The position numbers and the translations under genes are program-made. A stretch of DNA of 64,000 nt from a virus. Shown here piece by piece: positions 10,140-18,431 of this stretch. Within the stretch, counting starts at the first letter, position 1, and each line of letters starts with the position of its first letter. The notes under the pieces were generated by a model. That model had not been told where the DNA came from and made no database searches. It saw only the letters and a program-made list of their open reading frames with translations. The stretch lies in the IMG/VR virus record IMGVR_UViG_3300022916_000005; one strand, 5' to 3'.

Positions 10140-12962
10140 ATGTCAGTAAAGCAATTTAAATTTGTATCACCAGGAGTTTTCCTAAACGAAATTGATAATT
10201 CACAACTTCCAAATGTAGGGGATGAAATTGGGCCACTAGTAATTGGTCGATTTAAGAAAGGCCCTTCAATGCAGCCAGTTCTTATTGAAGATACTGACAA
10301 GCTTGAGCAGACATTTGGATTGCCAGATCCTGGATTATCATCTGGGGATGCTTGGCGAGATGGTACCTATACTAGTCCAACATATGGCGGATATGCTGCA
10401 TATTCATGGTTAAAAAATTCAAATGTGCCTATCACTGTTGTTCGTTTGTTGGGTGAGCAGAATGATGATGCAACAAGCGACATTGGAGAGGCTGGCTGGA
10501 ATGCTGGGCAGATTACAGAAGAGAACTATGGTGGAGCATATGGTCTCTTTGTTTTCCCATCTTCAAGTTCTGCAACAAATATTACTGGAGCTTTGGCTGC
10601 AACTTGGTACTTCCCAAACGAAATGAGTGGTGGAATCATGTTGTCTGGGACAATCGCTGGGGCAATTACCGAAACGACTGCGAGTAATGCACTACTTTTC
10701 GAGTCGGCAAATCAAGCACTTACTGTAGTAATGTCATCTGGGTCTACATTGCTAGATGCAAAGAAGATTACTTTTGATATGGATACTGTCCGTGACAAGT
10801 TTAACATGGATCCAACATTGACAAATACTTCTGTCACGCTGGCGGCAGATCAAAAAACCTACTGGTTAGGCGAAACTTACGAAAGAGCTGCAAAAGAAAT
10901 TATTGGTACTGGTGAATATTGGGGAATGATTGTAGGATTAGAAGATTCGGCAGGAACTGTAGAGAAGTCAAATTACAATATGTCTCGTCAAGTTGCGAAG
11001 ACTGGTTGGTTCTTCTCCCAGGATGTTGGAACAGCTACATCATTCGTTCCTTCCGCGATGCAAAAGTTGTTTAGATTGCACACTCTAGATTCTGGAGAGC
11101 ACGATCAGAGAAATTATAAAGTTACAATTCAAGACATTAAAGCAGCAAAGGTAACTGGTGATTATGGTACTTTTACCATTCAAATCAGAGACATTAGGGA
11201 CTTGGACAGTAAAAAGAACATCGTTGAGCGTTATTCAAACTGTAGTCTTAACCCTGCTGCAGATAACTATATTGCAAAGAAGATTGGAGATCAATATTAC
11301 GAATGGGATTCAACACGAAATGTTCTGTTAGAGAAGGGAACTTTTGAAAATAAATCAAGGTTGGTAAGGGTTGAAGTAGATACGGTTGTTGCATCTGGTC
11401 GTGCCAATAAGGTATTTTTACCATTCGGTGTGTACGGCCCAGAAAAGATTAAAGATACAGTCATTACAGAAGCTGTTGTGACCCCAGATACGTTGGTTGT
11501 TGGTAGTGGTTCGATTTATAAAGATTTGGTAAACTGGGAAGAGGGAACAAACGAATTCTCAAGTTCTTTTGCAACAGATTTTACATCAAGCTTGCAGTTC
11601 CCTTCAATTCCGCTTGTTGAGTCAAACCACCCTTATGGTGGCACCTTGAAGGAAGATATGCACTTTGGAGTCGATCTTCTTAAGAGCGGAAGCTTGACAG
11701 CATTTGAAGGAAGTGTTGTTGATCTTGTAAGATCACTTCCCGCAGACGGGGCAAATCCAGGAAGTCCAATTGATTCTACCTTTACAGAGCAGTCTTGGTA
11801 CTTCACTCTTGACGATATTGCGTCAGGGTCTGTATCTGCAAATTATGATTATACTTCTGGTAGCCGAGCAGCAGAAAGATCAGTAACAGCCATTAGTGGA
11901 TGGTCAAACTTCTTGAACAACACCACAGGATTGAATAGATTTACTACAGTTCTCTATGGTGGGTTTGACGGTCTTGACATCACAGAGCGAGAGCCATTGG
12001 TGAACAACACACTATTGTCAGGGAAGACCGAACTAACAAGTTATTCTTTTAACACAATCAAGAGAGCGATTAGAATTGTTGAAGATGCCGAGGTTGTTGA
12101 ATACAATGTATTGACCGTTCCTGGCTTAACAAACGCATCATTGACCGATCAAGTCTTGGATACTTGTGAGACAAGGGCGGACGCTTTGGCAATTGTTGAC
12201 CTGCCATACGAATATACTCCAGAAACAGAAACTACAGATAACGAAGATACTCGTATCGGTAGTGTTAAAGATACTGTTGACGATGTGAAAGATAGAAACA
12301 TCAATACAAGTTATGGAAGTTCTTACTACCCTTGGGTAATGATTTCTGACCATCTTAATGGGAATGTCAATCTTTGGGTACCACCTTCAATTGTTGCACT
12401 TGGAACATTTGCATCAAGTGACACAGAGAAGGATGGAGCAGTTTGGTTTGCCCCTGCAGGATTTAACAGAGGTGGATTGGATGACGGTTCATCTGGCTTT
12501 AAGGTACTGCAAGTTCGAGATCGAGTATATGTTGCAGATAGAGATAATCTATATGAAAACAACATTAACCCTATTGCCAAGTTCGCAGGAGAAGGAATTG
12601 TAATCATGGGTCAAAAGACCTTGCAAAGAACACCTTCAGCACTTGACAGAATTAATGTTCGAAGAATGCTTCTATACGTTAAGAAGGAAGTATCTCGTAT
12701 TGCAACAAGTGTTCTGTTCGAGCCAAACTTGGAGAAGACTTGGGCACGATTCCGAGGACCAGTTGAGGCAATGTTGAGCGGTGTAAAGGCAGACTTCGGT
12801 TTGGCAGATTACAAAGTAATCCTTGACAAGTCAACAACTACCGAAGACCTTGTTGATAGAAACATCATGTATGCAAAGGTATTGTTGAAACCTGCCTATG
12901 CAGTAGAGTTCATTGCAGTTGATTTTGTTGTAACAAACTCTGGAGCATCATTCGCAGACTAA
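10140..12962 (+). CDS. Contractile tail sheath protein (gp18-like)
   Basis: FVSPGVFLNEID N-terminus. C-terminal sheath motifs YYPWV, WFAPAGFNRG, LYENNINPI, GQKTLQ...ALDRINVRR and AVEFIAVDF. Confidence 0.96.
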   Translation: MSVKQFKFVSPGVFLNEIDNSQLPNVGDEIGPLVIGRFKKGPSMQPVLIEDTDKLEQTFGLPDPGLSSGDAWRDGTYTSPTYGGYAAYSWLKNSNVPITVVRLLGEQNDDATSDIGEAGWNAGQITEENYGGAYGLFVFPSSSSATNITGALAATWYFPNEMSGGIMLSGTIAGAITETTASNALLFESANQALTVVMSSGSTLLDAKKITFDMDTVRDKFNMDPTLTNTSVTLAADQKTYWLGETYERAAKEIIGTGEYWGMIVGLEDSAGTVEKSNYNMSRQVAKTGWFFSQDVGTATSFVPSAMQKLFRLHTLDSGEHDQRNYKVTIQDIKAAKVTGDYGTFTIQIRDIRDLDSKKNIVERYSNCSLNPAADNYIAKKIGDQYYEWDSTRNVLLEKGTFENKSRLVRVEVDTVVASGRANKVFLPFGVYGPEKIKDTVITEAVVTPDTLVVGSGSIYKDLVNWEEGTNEFSSSFATDFTSSLQFPSIPLVESNHPYGGTLKEDMHFGVDLLKSGSLTAFEGSVVDLVRSLPADGANPGSPIDSTFTEQSWYFTLDDIASGSVSANYDYTSGSRAAERSVTAISGWSNFLNNTTGLNRFTTVLYGGFDGLDITEREPLVNNTLLSGKTELTSYSFNTIKRAIRIVEDAEVVEYNVLTVPGLTNASLTDQVLDTCETRADALAIVDLPYEYTPETETTDNEDTRIGSVKDTVDDVKDRNINTSYGSSYYPWVMISDHLNGNVNLWVPPSIVALGTFASSDTEKDGAVWFAPAGFNRGGLDDGSSGFKVLQVRDRVYVADRDNLYENNINPIAKFAGEGIVIMGQKTLQRTPSALDRINVRRMLLYVKKEVSRIATSVLFEPNLEKTWARFRGPVEAMLSGVKADFGLADYKVILDKSTTTEDLVDRNIMYAKVLLKPAYAVEFIAVDFVVTNSGASFAD

Positions 12963-13014
12963 GAAAATAAATAAGATAAAGCATCTATTTATTGTATAAA
13001 AGGAGAATAATTAA

Positions 13015-13596
13015 ATGGGCGGTTTTTGGAGCGGAGAAAGAAATAAAGTAGTTGAACCAAAGAGAGCTTTTAGATGGCTAATTAACTTTCCAGGAGATGC
13101 CTCGACAGGTATTGAAAGTTGGGTCGCAACAGAAGTAAACAAGCCAGGGTTTGCAATTGGAGAAACTGAGCACGGATTTTTGAATTACAAGTTCAATTAT
13201 CCAGGGCATATCAAGTGGGATGACGTATCATTAACAATTGTAGATCCAGTCGATACAGATCAGACAGTTCAGTTAGTTGCAATGTTGGAGAAAGCAGGAT
13301 ATAGAGTCCCTCCTTCTCTGATCGATAGTCGCGGTCAAATTAATGTTCAAACCATTTCAAAGAAAGAAGCAACAAATGCGGTTGGGTCAATCACTATTGC
13401 CCAATACGGATCTGGAGACACTAAAGTAGAAGAGTGGGAACTTCACAATGCATGGATTAAAGAATGCAAGTTTGGAAAGCTTTCCTACGATTCAGAAGAT
13501 CTTGTAAAGATTGAACTTGTATTAAAATATGACTGGGCGACTCTTCGAACTGCAGGCGATCACTCTTTGGCCAATATGACAAGTCCACTTAACTAA
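13015..13596 (+). CDS. Tail tube protein (gp19-like)
   Basis: EPKRAFRW...KPGF...YPGHIKWDDVSLT...EEWELHNAW...LSYDSED...LKYDWA, directly after the sheath. Confidence 0.9.
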   Translation: MGGFWSGERNKVVEPKRAFRWLINFPGDASTGIESWVATEVNKPGFAIGETEHGFLNYKFNYPGHIKWDDVSLTIVDPVDTDQTVQLVAMLEKAGYRVPPSLIDSRGQINVQTISKKEATNAVGSITIAQYGSGDTKVEEWELHNAWIKECKFGKLSYDSEDLVKIELVLKYDWATLRTAGDHSLANMTSPLN

Positions 13597-13620
13597 TCAA
13601 AACAAACAAAAGAGGTATAA

Positions 13621-14496
13621 ATGTCAAACAGTAGACGAAACGAGGAACGCATGAAGACGGTTCCACACGACATAGCAATGTCTGCTATGTCTGCAATGTC
13701 GCAAAATCAAGAAAGCAAACCAGCACCATTCTCATTTGTAGTTCCTACTACATTTGTTGACCTTCCATCCAGAGGGAGACATTACACGGAGGGACATCCC
13801 TTTCATAATCAAAATCAAGTAGAAATCAGAGAGATGACAGCAAAGGATGAAGATCTGTTAACATCAAAGGCATTAATCAAGAAAGGTGTTGTAATTGATA
13901 GATTTGTTCAAAACATTTTAATGGACAAGTCTGTTAACGCAGAAACTCTTTTGATTGGCGATAAGAATGCCATTATTGTTGCAGCAAGAATCGCAGCATA
14001 CGGTTCAGTTTATGAGGGTTCTGCTGTTTGTCCTTCTTGTGGAGAAACTTTTGATAACTCTTTTGAGTTAGGAGACCTTGAAATTTATGAAGGGAATGAC
14101 TACGAAGATTATGATATTTCGAAAACAGAGAATAATACATTCATCATCCACATTCCAAAACTAGATGTTGATATTGAAACGAGATTGATCACAGGAAAGG
14201 AAGAAAAAAAGTTAGCAAGAATGGCCAAAGGAAAAAAGAAGAATAACCTTCCAGAAGCACCATTGACAGATATGTTAAAACTGATCATCGTATCGGTAGC
14301 AGAGAATAGGGATTCATTTTTAATTGATCAGCTTTTGGACGTACTCCCAGCATCAGATTCTAGATATTTAAGAGCAGCATATGCTAAGGTAGTGCCAAAT
14401 ATCGACATGAAGAGAGAAATCGTATGCCCAGAATGTGATGCAGTCAATGAAGTCGAGGTGCAGCTATCTGCTGACTTTTTTTGGCCTAAGCGATAA
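13621..14496 (+). CDS. Baseplate hub assembly / tail assembly chaperone (gp26-like)
   Basis: VDLPSRG, IREMTAKDEDLL, LLIGDKNAIIVAARI, two CPxC pairs and an FFWP end. Confidence 0.75.
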   Translation: MSNSRRNEERMKTVPHDIAMSAMSAMSQNQESKPAPFSFVVPTTFVDLPSRGRHYTEGHPFHNQNQVEIREMTAKDEDLLTSKALIKKGVVIDRFVQNILMDKSVNAETLLIGDKNAIIVAARIAAYGSVYEGSAVCPSCGETFDNSFELGDLEIYEGNDYEDYDISKTENNTFIIHIPKLDVDIETRLITGKEEKKLARMAKGKKKNNLPEAPLTDMLKLIIVSVAENRDSFLIDQLLDVLPASDSRYLRAAYAKVVPNIDMKREIVCPECDAVNEVEVQLSADFFWPKR

Positions 14497-14659
14497 GTAT
14501 CAAGAGAACATCTACGAACAGTTCTTTTTCTTAAAATATCATGGTGGTTGGAGTTTCATTGAAGCTTACAACTTGCCAATCGGATTACGTAAGTGGTTTG
14601 TTGAGCGTCTAAATACTCAACTTGAAAAAGAGAAAGAAGCCAAAGAAGATAATAAATAA
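14477..14659 (+). CDS. +1-frame extension of the tail chaperone (probable frameshift product)
   Basis: The +1 frame becomes protein-like (FGLSDKYQENIYEQFFFLKYHGGWSFIEAYNLPIGLRKWF) exactly at the T7 run at 14476-14482. It has no convincing RBS/start of its own. Confidence 0.6.
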   Translation, partial: FFGLSDKYQENIYEQFFFLKYHGGWSFIEAYNLPIGLRKWFVERLNTQLEKEKEAKEDNK

Positions 14660-14711
14660 CAATCCAATCTAATTATAGTGTACAACATTTAATAATAGGG
14701 ATAATTATATC

Positions 14712-15050
14712 ATGAACAAGAAGAACCCTCCAATCATCGATCTCGGAATGGCAAAAAGAAACACAACAGATGATAAGCAATTGTTAAATGAGTGGCTTGA
14801 TGTTTTGGGAGCTTGGATAGAACATATCCTTGGAGGAATGTTTGGTAAATCTTCCTTATCAGGAACAGTCAAAGGAACGCAATCAGAAATTCAAGCTTTT
14901 TCTAATGCTCTGGCAGGGGAAAAGAGATATATGGAAGCATACAAAAGGTATGGCCTTGACAATCAGGCGACTTTGAATAACAAATATAAGCTTGAAGATG
15001 CAGTACGCAAATTTGAGCAAGAAACAAAATTAAAGTGGCCCTTTAAATAA
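14712..15050 (+). CDS. Hypothetical virion-module protein
   Basis: 112-aa ORF preceded by a CTAATTA motif, between the chaperone and tape measure genes. Confidence 0.7.
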   Translation: MNKKNPPIIDLGMAKRNTTDDKQLLNEWLDVLGAWIEHILGGMFGKSSLSGTVKGTQSEIQAFSNALAGEKRYMEAYKRYGLDNQATLNNKYKLEDAVRKFEQETKLKWPFK

Positions 15051-15065
15051 GGAAACTGTAAGACA

Positions 15066-17273
15066 ATGGCGGATAAGAACTACTCTGAAGAGATTGCAGC
15101 AACAAGAGAAATAATCAAACTCGGGAAAGAGAGAACCAAGGTCATGGAAGATATGGTTAGGGTTAGACTGCAAGCTGAAGTTTTGAATAAAGAAATTCTT
15201 GATGCCCAATCTGGAGAAATTGAATTAACAGAGGAAGAGATTGGTTTAAAGCAGGATTTATTAGACATTGCTCTTGAAAACATCGAAACACAAAAAACCT
15301 CAGTTAAAGCGCAAGAGTCGGCAATCCAAGTTCAAAAAGAAAGAATAAAACTACTAAGATTAGAAGTAGAAGTAGACAAAGAAAAGGAAGAACAATCAAA
15401 AAAGACAGAACAAGCTTTAGGAGGATTTGACAAAGTTTTAAAAAGCATCGCCTTAAGATACACATTGGTATCTTCAGATGCATTTAAGAATTCTCTTACT
15501 GGTCAGATCGTAGAAATGAAAAAGCTTGGATATACTTCTAAACACCTTTTGAAATCGATGGGTGAAATTTACACTGCCGGGAATATTGGAGCATCAATTT
15601 TAAGCAAAGTTAAAGTATCAACAGCGGGATTAGTAGCAGAACTGTTTTCTGCAAGAGAAAGATTCTTTGCAACAACTGGTGCGATGGAAGACTACACATC
15701 AGTAATGACAGAATCGTATTATGCGAACTTAGATGTTGGGATGTCGATGGGAGAAACTTCAGAAGCTTTTGCAAAACTATACACAGAGATGAGAACATTT
15801 ACAGAAGTAAGCGATGAAACGCAAATATCTCTTGTCAAAACTGTTGGAGCACTAACAAAATTGGGAGTATCGAATGCTCCGAAGATGTTGGATGATCTTG
15901 TCAAAGCTTTTTACATGACAGAAAGTGCAGCAGAATTGACAATTAGGCAAGTTGCAGGATTGGCAAAAGAACTTAATATCTCAATGGGGAAGATGACAAG
16001 CGACTTTGCATCAGCAATGAGTATGATGGCAGCACACGGGGATAAAGGACAAAAAGTATTTGAAGGATTGCAACGAATATTTAAAGCAACAGGAATTGAA
16101 ATGCAAAACTTGTTGGCAATTGTGGGGCAATTTGACACATTTAAAGGTGCTGCAGAAGTGGCAGGACAATTGAATGCAGTTTTGGGTGGACCTTTGTTGA
16201 ATGCAATCGATCTCGTTAATGCATCAGAAGAGAAGAGAATTTCAATGTTGAGACAGTCTCTTGATTTGACAAACAAATCGTGGGACTCGCTAGACAAGTA
16301 TAACAGATTGGCAATTATGAATGCTGCAGGAATTAAAGACATGACTGTTGCAAACAAATTATTTGGACAATCATTTAGCGAATATCGAAAGGCAGTTTCT
16401 GGGATGAAAGCTTTGGCAGTAACTCAAGAGCAATTGGCAGATGCAGCAAAGGATGCAACATCATTTTTACAAAAAGTAAAGTTGCTTGGATATCAACTTG
16501 CAGTACTTGTTGAGCCAATTGTATCACTTCTTTCCTGGATGGTCGATGGATTGTTGAACGTGTCAAAGGGCATGAAATGGTTTGGAGCAGTTTTGGCAGT
16601 TCTTGGCATTGTTTTAATGACGTTCGGAGCAAAAACAGCACTTGCGGCAGGAACAATCAAGCTTCTTGGATTGGCAGGGGCAACTGCAGCGCCTGGATTA
16701 ATTTCTCTTGGTGTGGCAGGAAAGATGGCATCTCCAGGAGTTGCGTTGTTTGGAGCATCTTTGGCAATTGTTGCATTTAGTGTAGGCTTGATTGTTGGAA
16801 GTATTGGATATCTAATTAACAGTTTTGCAAACCTATTCACAAGCATTGGCAATTTATCAGGGGCAAGCTTTTCAGGGGTTGTTGATGGAATCAAAGGAAT
16901 GGGCAGCGTTCTTGATGAATTACCTATGGATAAGTTGTATGCATTCGATTCTGCGTTAACCAATACAAGAGCAATTGGAGATTCAAGTACAAAGATTGTT
17001 GAAGTATTTGACAGTATGACGACAGTTATGCAAGAAGCAAAGAATGCAGAATCAATGAACAATTTGGCAAAAGCACTGAATGGTTTGACAAAGGCACTTG
17101 ATGGAGGTGGTAGTAATGACACAACATCGGGCTCATCTGGGAAGAATGACACAACATCGGGCTCATCTGGGAAGAAAGTTGTGTTGAAGATTGATGATCG
17201 AGTTCTCGGAGAGGTTATTGTTGAGAATGTAAAAGAATTGTTAAATGACACCAACTTGACATTGGCGAGATAA
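15066..17273 (+). CDS. Tape measure protein
   Basis: 735-aa Ala/Gly-rich helical protein with an N-terminal coiled coil and a hydrophobic segment, between the chaperone and baseplate genes. Confidence 0.8.
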   Translation: MADKNYSEEIAATREIIKLGKERTKVMEDMVRVRLQAEVLNKEILDAQSGEIELTEEEIGLKQDLLDIALENIETQKTSVKAQESAIQVQKERIKLLRLEVEVDKEKEEQSKKTEQALGGFDKVLKSIALRYTLVSSDAFKNSLTGQIVEMKKLGYTSKHLLKSMGEIYTAGNIGASILSKVKVSTAGLVAELFSARERFFATTGAMEDYTSVMTESYYANLDVGMSMGETSEAFAKLYTEMRTFTEVSDETQISLVKTVGALTKLGVSNAPKMLDDLVKAFYMTESAAELTIRQVAGLAKELNISMGKMTSDFASAMSMMAAHGDKGQKVFEGLQRIFKATGIEMQNLLAIVGQFDTFKGAAEVAGQLNAVLGGPLLNAIDLVNASEEKRISMLRQSLDLTNKSWDSLDKYNRLAIMNAAGIKDMTVANKLFGQSFSEYRKAVSGMKALAVTQEQLADAAKDATSFLQKVKLLGYQLAVLVEPIVSLLSWMVDGLLNVSKGMKWFGAVLAVLGIVLMTFGAKTALAAGTIKLLGLAGATAAPGLISLGVAGKMASPGVALFGASLAIVAFSVGLIVGSIGYLINSFANLFTSIGNLSGASFSGVVDGIKGMGSVLDELPMDKLYAFDSALTNTRAIGDSSTKIVEVFDSMTTVMQEAKNAESMNNLAKALNGLTKALDGGGSNDTTSGSSGKNDTTSGSSGKKVVLKIDDRVLGEVIVENVKELLNDTNLTLAR
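17115..17174 (+). repeat. Perfect 30-bp tandem duplication in tape measure C-terminal linker
   Basis: AATGACACAACATCGGGCTCATCTGGGAAG x2 (NDTTSGSSGK x2). Confidence 0.95.
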
Positions 17274-17289
17274 AAATAGGATATAGAAA

Positions 17290-18066
17290 ATGGCATATAT
17301 AAACGGACCAAAACAAGTCGCAAATGCAAACAATGCTTATGTGTGGTTATATCACGTATCAACAGGAAGGCAAATTAAGTTTATGTCTTGGCTAACTCAA
17401 TACGAAGATAACTATGAATCAGATTGGAACCAAGAAGAAGTCTTTGGGAGAATGGATCCAATCCAGACATTTAAAGGAACAAAAAGAGTTTTATCATTGG
17501 GATGGGATGTTATTGCTGCAGATGTCAAAGAGGCAAAAGAAAATCTCAAATCTTGTGAGGCATTGTTTTCAATGCTATACCCAGTCTACGAAGGAAAGAA
17601 TGGTGGAGTAGGAAGAATGGTAGCTCCTCCTTTGTTTAAGATCAAATTTCTCAACCTGATCTGTGATTCAGACAAGCCATCTGCCAAAGATGCTCATCGC
17701 GGAGGATTATTAGGGACAGTTAAAGGATTTAAATATGATCCTGATGTTGAATCTGGATTCTTTATGACAAATGACAATGGCAACTCTGCCTTCCCTCAAA
17801 AGATTAACTTGAGCTTTACATTGACAGTTGCTCACACTCACAAATTGGGATGGGATTCGAAAGACGGTGCCAAAAGAGATAAGGGAAACTTTCCATATGG
17901 TTTGAATTCAAAAGATGTAGTATCATTGAAAGATAATTCTTCAATGATTGTTGACAACACTTTGCCAACGATTGAGGAGAATGTTGCAGAGGAGGCAATC
18001 TTCGAGAGTGCAGAGGAGGCAATTCTTGATGCTAACGGAAACGCTATGAGTTTAAATTTAAGTTAA
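17290..18066 (+). CDS. Baseplate tube-initiator / tail-tube cap protein (gp48/gp54-like)
   Basis: WNQEEVFGRMDPIQTFKGTKRVLSLGW and APPLFKIKF motifs, following the tape measure. Confidence 0.65.
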   Translation: MAYINGPKQVANANNAYVWLYHVSTGRQIKFMSWLTQYEDNYESDWNQEEVFGRMDPIQTFKGTKRVLSLGWDVIAADVKEAKENLKSCEALFSMLYPVYEGKNGGVGRMVAPPLFKIKFLNLICDSDKPSAKDAHRGGLLGTVKGFKYDPDVESGFFMTNDNGNSAFPQKINLSFTLTVAHTHKLGWDSKDGAKRDKGNFPYGLNSKDVVSLKDNSSMIVDNTLPTIEENVAEEAIFESAEEAILDANGNAMSLNLS

Positions 18067-18082
18067 CAATACGAGGTACAAC

Positions 18083-18427
18083 ATGACAAGAACAAGATAC
18101 GATAACAGACAAAAGATGAGGAACAATGCAGAACAGTATCGTTCTTATTTCGATAAAAGAAATGTAAAACATATCAACCAATATAACACACCAGAATTGT
18201 CATATCCATCAAGAGAACAGTTGAGAGACATAACAACAGTTCAGCACATATGGACATCTGGCGATAGTTATTGGAAATTGGCAGCAGAACACTATGGAGA
18301 TCCCAAGGTGTGGTGGGTTATTGCATTTTACAATCAAAAACCAACAGAGTTCCACGTTCAATTAGGAGAGCAGATAAACATTCCTTATCCTCTAGATAGG
18401 ATAATAACATTACTTACGATAGGATAA
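18083..18427 (+). CDS. Baseplate wedge protein, LysM/gp53-like
   Basis: HIWTSGDSYWKLAAEHYGDPKVWWVIAFYN...LGEQINIP is a LysM-like pattern. Confidence 0.85.
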   Translation: MTRTRYDNRQKMRNNAEQYRSYFDKRNVKHINQYNTPELSYPSREQLRDITTVQHIWTSGDSYWKLAAEHYGDPKVWWVIAFYNQKPTEFHVQLGEQINIPYPLDRIITLLTIG

Positions 18428-18431
18428 CGAG

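Noticed and set aside
16493-17362. 289-aa minus-strand ORF and other minus-strand ORFs
   Set aside because: They are antisense to well-supported + strand genes, have no recognisable motifs, and the whole window is co-oriented on +.
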